Source of the DNA: a virus
Lineage: Duplodnaviria > Caudoviricetes
Length of the DNA stretch: 34,562 nucleotides
Reading direction: 5' to 3' (one strand)
IMG/VR virus record: IMGVR_UViG_3300028594_000074
Coordinates: 1-34,562 of that record
In this document: positions 1-8,850 of the stretch, in pieces
How the letters are laid out: the number at the start of each line of letters is the position of its first letter
Position numbering within the stretch: position 1 is the first letter of the stretch
The notes under the pieces: generated by a model
Told to the model about the DNA's origin: nothing
Database searches by the model: none
What the model saw: the letters and a program-made list of their open reading frames with translations, nothing else
Program-made: the position numbers and the translations under genes

Positions 1-129
1 CGAATGCAAATATTTATACGTAAAACAGCCAAGAAATACAAGCAACACGAAGCCGTCGACAACGTTATGGAATTTATAAAAGAAGAAGAGGAAAGAGAGG
101 GAAAAGAACGTGAAAACAAAACTAGCTAA
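1..129 (+). CDS. 3' end of a phage early hypothetical protein (partial)
   Basis: Frame 1 is open from base 1 to TAA at 127-129 (RMQIFIRKTAKKYKQHEAVDNVMEFIKEEEEREGKERENKTS). Confidence 0.5.
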   Translation, partial: RMQIFIRKTAKKYKQHEAVDNVMEFIKEEEEREGKERENKTS

Positions 130-250
130 TTTCTTGATGATTGACGAAGAAGAATTAAAAATAGCACCAATTGCTTTATTAGTCACCGTAATCGCTACAC
201 CTTTTATATTTGAACTCGTGTTTGCGCCTTTTGGCTGGTGGTTGCTATGA
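110..250 (+). CDS. Small membrane protein, 46 aa (not in ORF track)
   Basis: GAGG SD before GTG110; hydrophobic stretch IAPIALLVTVIATPFIFELVFAPFGWWLL; ATGA overlap with next gene. Confidence 0.6.
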   Translation: MKTKLANFLMIDEEELKIAPIALLVTVIATPFIFELVFAPFGWWLL

Positions 251-504
251 GCGAACAAGTCGAAAGAGATTTAAAGATGATTGAAACGTACGAGGCCGTT
301 GTTGAATTCTATGAAGCGCATGAACATCAAGAGTTGTCAAATTATTATGGATGGCCGCTAGAAGTTTATGACCGACTAGACGAAGCCGAACTTGAAAACG
401 AAGAATTGAAAGAAAAAATCAGAGAACTACAAGAATATATTGAGGATAACCAAGTAAGTGATAGCGAAGAACATCTAGGAAATTACTATGATTCATTGTT
501 TTAG
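247..504 (+). CDS. Hypothetical acidic phage protein
   Basis: ORF track 238..504; ATG247 is preferred (GGTGG SD, ATGA coupling). Confidence 0.7.
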   Translation: MSEQVERDLKMIETYEAVVEFYEAHEHQELSNYYGWPLEVYDRLDEAELENEELKEKIRELQEYIEDNQVSDSEEHLGNYYDSLF

Positions 505-515
505 AGGTGTAGCGA

Positions 516-1157
516 ATGAGGGAGCCATTAACAGCCGAACTATTAAACCGCATGTACACGATTGAAGGCATGTCCGATACCGAGATAGCCAAGACTTTGA
601 AATATGACCGTACGGCAATTGTTTACGCAAGGCAGAGGCATGGAATTGCGACAAGACTAACCACCGGTCGACTGGGCGAATTACTCGTATTAAAAGAGTT
701 ATCGAGCCGCTTCGGTAAATATAACGTAATTGATATGAACGAAACAGACGCTACTTCGATTTTTGACATTTTATTAAAAGAGGATATAAGAATTGAAGTT
801 AAAACGTCAAAGGTTAATGCTGATAGCCACTTTACATTTAACCTCTCTAATAAAAAAGGCCACGGAATTTTGGAGAATGAAATTACAAAGCTTACAAAAG
901 GCGGCCGAACTATAAAAGATTTATCGAAAACTTGCGACTATGTAATTTTAGTTTTTATTGAGAAGTCTGTAAATTATCTTATTTTACCGTCTAACACGCC
1001 AACTATTTTAAACAGAAATTCAAAGAGTATTGGCGGGGAAAAATTAAGAGAAATATCAAAACACTTTAACAAGTGGGAAATATTAGGAAGGAGCATAACG
1101 TGGGAGAGCTACCTAAGAACAAGAAGCCTTGGACGGTCGAAGAAGAAAAGTTATTGA
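516..1157 (+). CDS. HTH plus PD-(D/E)XK-type endonuclease-like protein
   Basis: N-terminal HTH (GMSDTEIAKTLKYDRTAIVYARQRHGI); GRLGE...FDIL...IEVKTS nuclease motif. Confidence 0.6.
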   Translation: MREPLTAELLNRMYTIEGMSDTEIAKTLKYDRTAIVYARQRHGIATRLTTGRLGELLVLKELSSRFGKYNVIDMNETDATSIFDILLKEDIRIEVKTSKVNADSHFTFNLSNKKGHGILENEITKLTKGGRTIKDLSKTCDYVILVFIEKSVNYLILPSNTPTILNRNSKSIGGEKLREISKHFNKWEILGRSITWESYLRTRSLGRSKKKSY

Positions 1158-1261
1158 TCAAATTGAAGAAAAAAGGAAGAACAAACAAAGAAATATCCCA
1201 GGAGCTTGGCAGAAGTAGAAACGCGGTTCATCAGCGTTTGAAGTTGCTGGGGAAATTATAG
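1100..1261 (+). CDS. Myb/SANT-like HTH protein
   Basis: KPWTVEEEKLL...TNKEISQELGRSRNAVHQRL; AAGGAG SD before GTG1100 (ORF track start 1073). Confidence 0.7.
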   Translation: MGELPKNKKPWTVEEEKLLIKLKKKGRTNKEISQELGRSRNAVHQRLKLLGKL

Positions 1262-1267
1262 AAAGGA

Positions 1268-1504
1268 GTGAGTGAAATGCTGACGTATATAAACATGAAT
1301 GATGGAGAAAAACTTTCTCTTAATGGTTTTTGGGCTTACTTGATAGAAAAAACTTCTGAAAATAATTCAGAAAATAAAATAGAAGCCATATATGAATTGG
1401 CCTCTTTAATCAATCAAAAAGAAATTGAAGAATTAAAATTTCTTACATTGCTTGCGAATTATGCAGAGTTTTATAAATTCAAAAAAGTAATACTAGAAAT
1501 TTAA
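1268..1504 (+). CDS. Hypothetical protein
   Basis: 78-aa ORF with AAAGGAG SD, operon context. Confidence 0.6.
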   Translation: MSEMLTYINMNDGEKLSLNGFWAYLIEKTSENNSENKIEAIYELASLINQKEIEELKFLTLLANYAEFYKFKKVILEI

Positions 1505-1528
1505 AAAGCACCCTCGGCAAAGGGCGCT
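1503..1528 (-). terminator. Intrinsic terminator oriented on the minus strand
   Basis: Minus strand reads AGCGCCCT-TTGCCG-AGGGTGCT-TTTT. Confidence 0.55.
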
Positions 1529-1576
1529 CAGAAAAATTATTCGAATTAATTATACAGAAAAAAGGAGCAAAAGAAA

Positions 1577-2692
1577 ATGAACAACCAAAATAATGAAGTA
1601 ACTTTAAATCAAAAACAAGTGACGAAAACAATTTTAAATGACGTCGAAAAAATGCAAACAGAAGGTTTGTCTCTACCGAAAAACTACAATGCTTCAAACG
1701 CTTTAAATGTGGCTTTCTTAGAGTTAGTGGATATGAAAGTAAATCGCCAACCGTTGTTAGACGTAGTTACGCCTAGATCAATCTATCAATCACTTTTAAA
1801 CATGGTTTTGCAAGGTTTAAGCCCAGCAAAAAATCAAGTGTATTTTATCCCTTACGGAAACGAGCTTCAAATGCAGCGCTCTTATTTCGGGACGCAAGCA
1901 GTACTAAAACGACTTAGTGGCGTCAAGAACATTTGGGCGGAAGTTATCCGAGAAGGAGAAAAGTTTGAATTTGAGAATGACGGTGGACGTAAACGACTAA
2001 CGAGCCACGAACAGAAATTTGAGACGCTAGACAATGAAATTATAGGGGCGTATGCAGTTATTGACACGGAAGAAGACGGCCAATTACTAGAGGTTATGAC
2101 CAGAGAGCAAATTGACGCTAGTTGGAGCCAAGCAAAAACGTCAAACGTGCATAACAAATTTGGTGACCAAATGGCCATGAGAACAGTTATTAACCGAGCG
2201 GCCAAAAATTATATTAACACTTCCGACGATAGCGACTTGTTAATACATGCGATTAATGACACAACAGAAAACGAATATGATCCAGACGCTAGACGCCGAG
2301 ACGTAACCGAAGCGCCAAAGAGTGAAAAAACTAAAAGCTTATTAGATAAATTTCAAGAAACGCAACCAAAGAAGACAGAGGAGGCGCCTATTGAAGAACC
2401 AGAAGAAAATAAAGATGGTGCCGATACGTTCGAAAATCAAGAAGAACCACCAGCCGAACCCGAGGAAGAAATTAACCCGTTTGATGAAATCGAAAATGCT
2501 GAATATGCAGACTTCGAGGAAATGAACGAACCAGAAGAACCCGAGGAAGAAAAGCCGAATTTAACTGTTCCAAAGTTAAGAGAAAAACTTGACGAGTTAG
2601 GTGTTAAGCACGACTCAAACATGAGAAAAGCAGAGTTAGAAGGCTTATACGAAATGGCTCAAAACGGTGGTGTACAAGATGACCTTTTCTAA
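1577..2692 (+). CDS. recT: RecT-family single-strand annealing protein with acidic linker and C-terminal HeH/LEM-like motif
   Basis: SIYQSLLNMVLQGLSPAKNQVYFIPYGNELQMQRSYFG and DQMAMRTVINRAAK motifs; paired with downstream exonuclease. Confidence 0.88.
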   Translation: MNNQNNEVTLNQKQVTKTILNDVEKMQTEGLSLPKNYNASNALNVAFLELVDMKVNRQPLLDVVTPRSIYQSLLNMVLQGLSPAKNQVYFIPYGNELQMQRSYFGTQAVLKRLSGVKNIWAEVIREGEKFEFENDGGRKRLTSHEQKFETLDNEIIGAYAVIDTEEDGQLLEVMTREQIDASWSQAKTSNVHNKFGDQMAMRTVINRAAKNYINTSDDSDLLIHAINDTTENEYDPDARRRDVTEAPKSEKTKSLLDKFQETQPKKTEEAPIEEPEENKDGADTFENQEEPPAEPEEEINPFDEIENAEYADFEEMNEPEEPEEEKPNLTVPKLREKLDELGVKHDSNMRKAELEGLYEMAQNGGVQDDLF

Positions 2693-3608
2693 AGAAGACC
2701 TAAGAAATGATGATATTTATTACGGCAATAAATCAAATTGGCAATTTTGGAGCGTTAGCTGGTACAAGAAGTTTAGAGAGTGCGAAGCGCGTGCTTTAGC
2801 CGAACTAAAAGAGGATTGGGCGCCCACAAGCAGCCCTCTCCCTCTATTGGTAGGGAATTACGTGCATAGTTATTTCGAGTCTTACGAAGCGCATGAACGC
2901 TTTAAAGAACAAAACAAAGAAGAATTATACGCAGACGCTACCGTAGCGCAGTACAAAGAGGCACTTGATGACTTAGGCGTACCGTACAAGAAAAGCGCTA
3001 AGAAAGACGAATTAGTGGCCATATACGACAGCATAGAAGGCAAGAAGCCATTTCTACACGGAAAAATGTACAAAGATTTCGAAGTTGCTGAGCGAATGAT
3101 TGCGCGCGTGAAAGATGAACCGTTTTTTAACTTCTTATGGCAAGGGAAAAAAGAGGAGCCCGTTACCGGCGAACTCTTTGGCGTCAACTGGAAGGGGAAA
3201 ATTGACCTCCTAAACGTCGAAGAAGGCTATTTCGTAGACTTGAAAACGTCACAAGGTTTTGACCGACGTTACTGGAGCACCGACAGAAATCAATACGTTT
3301 CTTTCGTCGAGGCTTTCGGGTATGTGATCCAGGTTGGAATTTACGAAAGGCTATTAGAAATGGAATACGGAAAGCCGTTCACTGGGTACATATACGCCGT
3401 ATCTAAAGAGGACCCGGCAAACGTTGAAGCAATCGAAATAGAAGATTTTGACAAAGATATTGAGTTAAGAATGGTAGAGCAAAACATTGACCGATTGGAA
3501 AAAGTAAAGACCGGGCAAGAAGCGCCGACAAGCTGCGGCAAGTGTGAATATTGTCGAGAACACAAAGTGCTAGATGGCTTCATTATTCCGGCACAATTAA
3601 TAGATTAG
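2679..3608 (+). CDS. PD-(D/E)XK (RecE-like) exonuclease with inserted HeH-like motif
   Basis: LLVGNYVHSYFE, WKGKIDLL, FVDLKT, Y-x-x-Q-x-x-x-Y and C-terminal CGKCEYC; adjacent to recT. Confidence 0.82.
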   Translation: MTFSKEDLRNDDIYYGNKSNWQFWSVSWYKKFRECEARALAELKEDWAPTSSPLPLLVGNYVHSYFESYEAHERFKEQNKEELYADATVAQYKEALDDLGVPYKKSAKKDELVAIYDSIEGKKPFLHGKMYKDFEVAERMIARVKDEPFFNFLWQGKKEEPVTGELFGVNWKGKIDLLNVEEGYFVDLKTSQGFDRRYWSTDRNQYVSFVEAFGYVIQVGIYERLLEMEYGKPFTGYIYAVSKEDPANVEAIEIEDFDKDIELRMVEQNIDRLEKVKTGQEAPTSCGKCEYCREHKVLDGFIIPAQLID

Positions 3609-3618
3609 GAGGGTTCGA

Positions 3619-4035
3619 GTGGTTGATAAAAAAGAAGTGGGCCGACGAATTAAGAAAATTCGTTTAGAAATGGGATATACACTTGAAGAATTCGGAAAGT
3701 TATATAAAGCAAGTAAAGGCGTAGTTAACAACTGGGAAAAAGGTAGAAACTTACCAAATAAACAGAGGCTATCTGATATAGCTTTTTATGGCCAGATGAG
3801 CGTAGACGAACTTCTAAATGGAAAAAGAGAAACAACGATCGACCCAATGGATCTATTCCGTGGCGATAACGATATTAGAAAATATCTGATTGTTGATGTA
3901 GATGATGCCCATATAGATTTTTTGAAAGGTGTCGGAATATCATACCAAACGATAGAAAACGTGCTTAAATTCGCTGATATTTACGTGAATATGAGCGAAT
4001 TGCCGGAAGAGCTAACAATTATGAAGAATGTTTAA
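3619..4035 (+). CDS. XRE-family HTH transcriptional regulator
   Basis: RIKKIRLEMGYTLEEFGKLYKASKGVVNNWEKGRNLP. Confidence 0.85.
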   Translation: MVDKKEVGRRIKKIRLEMGYTLEEFGKLYKASKGVVNNWEKGRNLPNKQRLSDIAFYGQMSVDELLNGKRETTIDPMDLFRGDNDIRKYLIVDVDDAHIDFLKGVGISYQTIENVLKFADIYVNMSELPEELTIMKNV

Positions 4036-4057
4036 CAAGTCATTAGGAGGGCTTTAA

Positions 4058-4354
4058 ATGGTTAATGAAATGGAAATTTATAGGAGCAGTTCGCTAGAAG
4101 AAAAAAGAACTATTCTAAGTGAATTGTTTGATACTTATAGAAATTTAAACAACAAAGATTATTATAGAGCGAAATTTTCTTTAGGTCGCGCAGAAAGTCT
4201 TTGGGGCAAACATGAAGTTTTGGCCGAGATTAGATTAGCAATCGAATTAGGGAACCTAGGGGTATCTCGTAAGTTACTCGAGAATTTGGTTAGCGATCTA
4301 ATCAATAACACAACTAATGGTGTAGTGACCAAAGACGGACCTGTTAGGAAGTGA
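4058..4354 (+). CDS. Hypothetical protein
   Basis: 98-aa ORF with AGGAGG SD. Confidence 0.7.
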   Translation: MVNEMEIYRSSSLEEKRTILSELFDTYRNLNNKDYYRAKFSLGRAESLWGKHEVLAEIRLAIELGNLGVSRKLLENLVSDLINNTTNGVVTKDGPVRK

Positions 4355-4358
4355 TTAA

Positions 4359-5249
4359 GTGGCAGAAATTAAGTGGATAAAGTTATCAGTAAATATGTTT
4401 AATGATGAGAAAATAAAATTAATAAAGACTATGCCAGAAGGCGACAAGATAATAGTGATTTGGGTTCAATTGCTATGCCTGGCCGGCAAGACGAATGACG
4501 GGGGTCTTGTGTATATGGGACAAAACATGGCGTATACAGATGAAATGTTTGCAACTCTATTTGATGAAAAATTAAACGTTATTCGCATAGCCCTTCAAAC
4601 CCTCGAGCAATTCGGAATGATTGAATTAACAGACGACGGGAAAATTGACATTGTAAATTGGGAGAAGCACCAAAGTACCGATAAAATGGCCCGAATGAAG
4701 CAGCAAAATCGTATTAGACAACAGAAGCATTACTATCGCACAAAGCTTAGAGAGATAGGCGTTGACGTAGATAGTCTTGATCTTCCAGATGACCCAGAAG
4801 AACTAAAAGAGATACTAGATAAGCTAGAAGAAAAAACTAACGTTAGGTTAACGTTAGCTAACGGTACAGAAGTAAGAAGTAAGAAGGAAGAAGTAAGAAG
4901 TAAGAAGAAAGAAGTAAATAGTAGTCGCGATTCCGCTGGCGCGAAATACGACGACGATTCTCCTTACATGAAATTGGCAGTTAGGTTATACGAACACATT
5001 AAAAAGCGAAACCCAAAACAAAAAGAACCTAATTGGCAAAAGTGGGCGGATGACATGAGAAAAACCGTCGAGCTAGATAATCGAGAGATTAATGAATTGA
5101 CTAAAGTATTAGACTGGTGTCAACAAGACGATTTTTGGCAAAACAATATATTATCTCCTGCTAAATTAAGAAAGCAATATGATCAACTGTTTTTGAAAAT
5201 GGATCAATCGACACCTAAAGAAAGGGATTGGGATGAATGGGAGTTTTAG
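4359..5249 (+). CDS. Phage replication initiator (replisome organiser N-terminal domain)
   Basis: IKWIKLSVNMFNDEKIKLIKTMPEGDKIIVIWVQLLCLAGK N-terminus; C-terminal FWQNNILSPAKLRKQYDQL; internal repeats; upstream of DnaC-like gene. Confidence 0.88.
   Translation: MAEIKWIKLSVNMFNDEKIKLIKTMPEGDKIIVIWVQLLCLAGKTNDGGLVYMGQNMAYTDEMFATLFDEKLNVIRIALQTLEQFGMIELTDDGKIDIVNWEKHQSTDKMARMKQQNRIRQQKHYYRTKLREIGVDVDSLDLPDDPEELKEILDKLEEKTNVRLTLANGTEVRSKKEEVRSKKKEVNSSRDSAGAKYDDDSPYMKLAVRLYEHIKKRNPKQKEPNWQKWADDMRKTVELDNREINELTKVLDWCQQDDFWQNNILSPAKLRKQYDQLFLKMDQSTPKERDWDEWEF
4837..4916. repeat. Putative phage replication origin (iterons within initiator gene)
   Basis: Three copies of (C/T)TAACG(T/G)TA(G/C) at 4837, 4848 and 4858, followed by seven tandem AGAAG(T/G/A)A 7-mers at 4868-4916. 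Confidence 0.6.
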
Positions 5250-6052
5250 AAGAGCATTTAATGGAAATGCGTAAAGAGTTGTTCAAAACAACAGAAGCAA
5301 CGTGCGATATTCATGATGAAAAGCTTGTGCAACATAAAGACTACCGCCCATTTTGTCCGGTTTGCGCAAGCGAAAGAGTTGTTGAAGATGAAAAAGAATT
5401 GATGGAAGCCGGAACAGAGGCAGCTTATAACCATAAGAAAAGATGGTTGAAAGAGCGCAGCCTTGTAGTCGATAGATCGTTATTTGATATGACCTTTGAC
5501 AATTACAAAGTGACAGATGAAGAGACGGCCGCTAATAAAGAGAAAGCCCTGGACTTGGCCAGAGAATACTACAAAGGCAGTACAAAAAACGGATTGCTGG
5601 CCGGGAAGTTCGGGACAGGAAAGACACATTTGGCCATGGCCATATTAAACCAACTGAATGAGCATAAAGACCAGCGCAACTTATTCGTGTCGGCTGATGA
5701 ACTTATGCGAAAAGTGAAAAGCAGTATCGGAAATAATGAGTCGCCTTTTCGTGAGGATCGAATGATTGAACTGTTATCAAAAGCCGATTTGTTAGTTATG
5801 GATGACATGGGCGCCGAGGTTGGTTCAGTTAATAGAAACTCACAAGCGCCAGACTACACTATACGAGTGATAAATGGCGTGTTGAATGGAAGAACCTCCA
5901 ATCCAACTATATTCACAACTAACCTATCAAGAAAAGAATTAGAGACGGCCTATGATGGCCGGATAGTAGATAGGATGTTTAAGGGTGTATCACAAGAGGA
6001 CCTTATTATATTCAAAAGAACACCAAGCAAACGAACAACATTAAATTTCTAG
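5237..6052 (+). CDS. DnaC/IstB-like ATPase (helicase loader)
   Basis: Walker A GKFGTGKT, Walker B LLVMDDMG, TIFTTNL, RIVDRM; N-terminal CDIH/CPVC zinc motif. Confidence 0.9.
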   Translation: MGVLEEHLMEMRKELFKTTEATCDIHDEKLVQHKDYRPFCPVCASERVVEDEKELMEAGTEAAYNHKKRWLKERSLVVDRSLFDMTFDNYKVTDEETAANKEKALDLAREYYKGSTKNGLLAGKFGTGKTHLAMAILNQLNEHKDQRNLFVSADELMRKVKSSIGNNESPFREDRMIELLSKADLLVMDDMGAEVGSVNRNSQAPDYTIRVINGVLNGRTSNPTIFTTNLSRKELETAYDGRIVDRMFKGVSQEDLIIFKRTPSKRTTLNF

Positions 6053-6054
6053 GA

Positions 6055-6291
6055 GTGATCAACATGGATGAGTTAATTACAGTATTAAAACCCGATTATT
6101 CCGCTGTTGAAGAAAGCCAACTTAACCGCTGGCGAGTATTCAATGGCCAAGATTGGGTGCACGGATTCGACGAAAAAGAAAAAGCAATTGAATTCGCAAG
6201 AAGAAACGGCGGCACTCGAATAGCATTCTGCAAAAAAGTAGACGGGAAAGTTGCATATGTAAGTCCGGAAATGGTGGATTTGGATGACTGA
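6055..6291 (+). CDS. Hypothetical protein
   Basis: 78-aa ORF in operon, AGGAG SD. Confidence 0.6.
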   Translation: MINMDELITVLKPDYSAVEESQLNRWRVFNGQDWVHGFDEKEKAIEFARRNGGTRIAFCKKVDGKVAYVSPEMVDLDD

Positions 6292-6442
6292 ATTAATTTT
6301 AGAAGGCATTTTATGCCAGCAATGCGGCGGATATATTGACGGCGAAGAACCGGGCTACCCTCGTGATTGTGATGATTGCAACCATGAAGATGTGGCCGAA
6401 GAAATCAAAACATATTACGGCGGGACAAACCCACTAGACTAG
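6284..6442 (+). CDS. Small zinc-ribbon protein, 52 aa (not in ORF track)
   Basis: MTELILEGILCQQCGGYIDGEEPGYPRDCDDC...; two CxxC motifs; fills the gap between neighbours. Confidence 0.7.
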   Translation: MTELILEGILCQQCGGYIDGEEPGYPRDCDDCNHEDVAEEIKTYYGGTNPLD

Positions 6443-6452
6443 GAGCGTAAAC

Positions 6453-6665
6453 ATGAATAGACAAGACACGTTTAACGCGTTGAGAGAAATGCTAAATGAA
6501 GCCTTAAATGAAAGTAACGTTGAAAAGATGGTCGAAGAAGCGATAAGAAGATCAGGCGGGGAAATTACCGAAGACTTTGCAGAAGGTACTAAAGTAGGCG
6601 TCGAAGTTGCCAAGAAATCAGTTTTGGTATTGATGACTTTGGTCGAAGTGATGGGGGACAAATAA
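6453..6665 (+). CDS. Hypothetical protein
   Basis: 70-aa ORF, AGGAG SD. Confidence 0.65.
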   Translation: MNRQDTFNALREMLNEALNESNVEKMVEEAIRRSGGEITEDFAEGTKVGVEVAKKSVLVLMTLVEVMGDK

Positions 6666-6667
6666 AA

Positions 6668-7207
6668 ATGACAAATAAAGTTGTTGAAGAATTAAAGAAT
6701 TTAGAAATTGACATTCATAAATTAAGAAGACATCAAGTTTATTCGCCGTTCTTAAATCTTCCGGGAATGGAAAAAGAAACAGTTGGCTTAAATTCTGTTA
6801 TCAATATCGTTCATAAATACATGGAAAAGATTAAAGGCCTGGAAAAAGAAACAACCGTTTCAGAAGCTATTGAGCGACTAGCAGAAGAATACCCGTTAAA
6901 GCCCGTACAAATCCAGTATATTTTAGAGAATGCTGGTAAACGGAGCATTAACATTGAACTGGGTACGAGATACGGCGACGACGTTGAGTTTGGTACAAGA
7001 AGCAAAGAAAATAAATATGAGCATAAAGTTGTTGACGAGCTTCGCGTTGCGGGAGAAGCCTTATCGGCTGTAATTAATAAATATAGAGATTTAAATTACG
7101 CCGTTGATGTATCTGTTGAGTTCGAAAGAGGGAATTACGGAAAAGCAGATGACTTTTACCGTGTAAAAATTATTAAAGCGATTGAGGTGGATGAAGATGT
7201 TAGATAG
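6668..7207 (+). CDS. Hypothetical protein
   Basis: 179-aa ORF in operon. Confidence 0.7.
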   Translation: MTNKVVEELKNLEIDIHKLRRHQVYSPFLNLPGMEKETVGLNSVINIVHKYMEKIKGLEKETTVSEAIERLAEEYPLKPVQIQYILENAGKRSINIELGTRYGDDVEFGTRSKENKYEHKVVDELRVAGEALSAVINKYRDLNYAVDVSVEFERGNYGKADDFYRVKIIKAIEVDEDVR

Positions 7208-7442
7208 AGAAGATTGGGTAAATATAATAGCAATAGTTTTAGGGACCTTGGTAACTGGGGTTTTACTCGGATTGTTTATTAATACGTCGGAACAAAGGGA
7301 CACTATCGAACAACTAGAAACTGAACTGGTTGAAACAAGAGAACAGTTAAACATTGCTAACGATCAACTTAAACAAATTAACATGAGAAATGAAGCAATC
7401 TACTATATTAAACAACTAGAAGAACAAGAGGCGATTGAGTGA
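7197..7442 (+). CDS. Membrane-anchored coiled-coil protein
   Basis: One TM helix (IIAIVLGTLVTGVLLGLFI) then heptad-like region; GAGGTG SD favours ATG7197. Confidence 0.7.
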   Translation: MLDREDWVNIIAIVLGTLVTGVLLGLFINTSEQRDTIEQLETELVETREQLNIANDQLKQINMRNEAIYYIKQLEEQEAIE

Positions 7443-7888
7443 TTAAAATTGTTACGTTAGAGGGCGAAATTGTAGGGAAGGGAAGGCCCACCTTCTCGAC
7501 TAGGGGCGGAGTAAAAAGGGCTATTACTCCGGCAAAGACTAGAACGTTTGAGAAATATGTAAGTCTGATGACCAGGCAAGTATTTAAAGAACCATTTAAG
7601 AAACCGGTAAAAGTAAAGATATTAGTTAAAAAGAAACCGCCTAAGTCGTGGAGCAAAAAGAAACAGCGTGAAGCAATCGCTGGAGAAATTGCAGCAACGG
7701 CCAAACCCGACTTAGATAATTATGCCAAATCTATATTAGACGGAATGAATGGCATTGCCTGGATAGATGACAGTTACATAGTCGAGCTGCTTCAACGTAA
7801 AGAATACGCTGAAGAGGACGGCGCAGAAATTCGTATCAGTGAAATCGAGAAAGAACCCGCTTATCCAACTAAGAAGAAAAAGAAGTGA
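7439..7888 (+). CDS. rusA: RusA-family Holliday junction resolvase
   Basis: GKGRP, KPDLDNYAKSILDGMNGIAWIDDSYIV catalytic motif. Confidence 0.92.
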   Translation: MIKIVTLEGEIVGKGRPTFSTRGGVKRAITPAKTRTFEKYVSLMTRQVFKEPFKKPVKVKILVKKKPPKSWSKKKQREAIAGEIAATAKPDLDNYAKSILDGMNGIAWIDDSYIVELLQRKEYAEEDGAEIRISEIEKEPAYPTKKKKK

Positions 7889-7900
7889 AGGAGCAGCAAC

Positions 7901-8152
7901 ATGTTTGAATTTTTAGGGTGGTCAATCGTTATTCTAGTTGTGTTGTTTTTTGGTAGTGCGATACTAGCCGGACTATGGAAAGCGATCAATAACCATAAAA
8001 GCGACTTTAGACCGCACAAAGATTTTGAAGTATATACCGAATTTGATGGGTCGCTTATACCTCTTACTATTCGAGAGGTATTCGACCATAAAGGCAAGAA
8101 ATTTATTGTAGTTAATGTGATAAAAAATAAGGAGCGTACAAATGAAAAATAA
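7901..8152 (+). CDS. Small membrane protein
   Basis: N-terminal TM helix; AAGGAG SD. Confidence 0.65.
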   Translation: MFEFLGWSIVILVVLFFGSAILAGLWKAINNHKSDFRPHKDFEVYTEFDGSLIPLTIREVFDHKGKKFIVVNVIKNKERTNEK

Positions 8153-8510
8153 AAAGAAGTTACTACCGCTAATATTAATGTTTTTAATACCTATAACAAC
8201 TTATGCTGCTATGCAATGGCAAGGGACACCACACGTTGACAATATTAAAACTAACCTAGAGCTTATAAGCGTAAAATTGGACGATTTAAAGACTTCTAAC
8301 GAAGTTAAAGAGAAAGAGATTAGAGACATTCAAAAGTTGCTAGAGCAGGCCGAGAAAGACGCACAAAAGCAATCTAATGAACTAGAGGAAGCTAAACAAG
8401 AAAACGCAATTCTTAAGACGGATAACAATGCACTGAATAAACAATTAGAACAAGCGTTAAAAGATGTGCAAGAAATCGAGCAGATTACAGAGGACCTAGT
8501 CAATGATTAA
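8142..8510 (+). CDS. Secreted or membrane-anchored coiled-coil protein
   Basis: Signal-peptide-like MKNKKKLLPLILMFLIPITTYAA followed by long heptad region. Confidence 0.7.
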   Translation: MKNKKKLLPLILMFLIPITTYAAMQWQGTPHVDNIKTNLELISVKLDDLKTSNEVKEKEIRDIQKLLEQAEKDAQKQSNELEEAKQENAILKTDNNALNKQLEQALKDVQEIEQITEDLVND

Positions 8511-8850
8511 GTTTAGGGCCTGGGATACACACGAAGAGGTAATGAATAGAGTGGACTATATTGATTTTGCTCACGGTGTTATAGGCATGTTCAATGAAAA
8601 TAGTAGGGGCTATGAACAGCCTACCCACAGAGTGAAACTCATGCAATCAAGCGGATATAAAGATAAGAACGGCGTGGAAATATTCATTGACGACTTAGTA
8701 GCTGATGAATATGGCAGAGTTTACCGAGTTGTATTTAAAGGCGATAGCATACGTGGGGATGCCGTTAAGCCAGAGCATAAAAACAGATGGTTAAGTAGTT
8801 TTTTAGAAGTTATAGGAAATATACATGAGAATCCGGAGATGATTAAATGA
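8503..8850 (+). CDS. yopX: YopX-family protein
   Basis: IKFRAWD...LMQSSGYKDKNGVEIFIDD...EVIGNIHENPE. Confidence 0.9.
   Translation: MIKFRAWDTHEEVMNRVDYIDFAHGVIGMFNENSRGYEQPTHRVKLMQSSGYKDKNGVEIFIDDLVADEYGRVYRVVFKGDSIRGDAVKPEHKNRWLSSFLEVIGNIHENPEMIK

Noticed and set aside
4868-4916. CRISPR-like array (also considered for tape measure and endolysin repeats)
   Set aside because: All repeats are tandem and coding, without unique spacers; no cas genes
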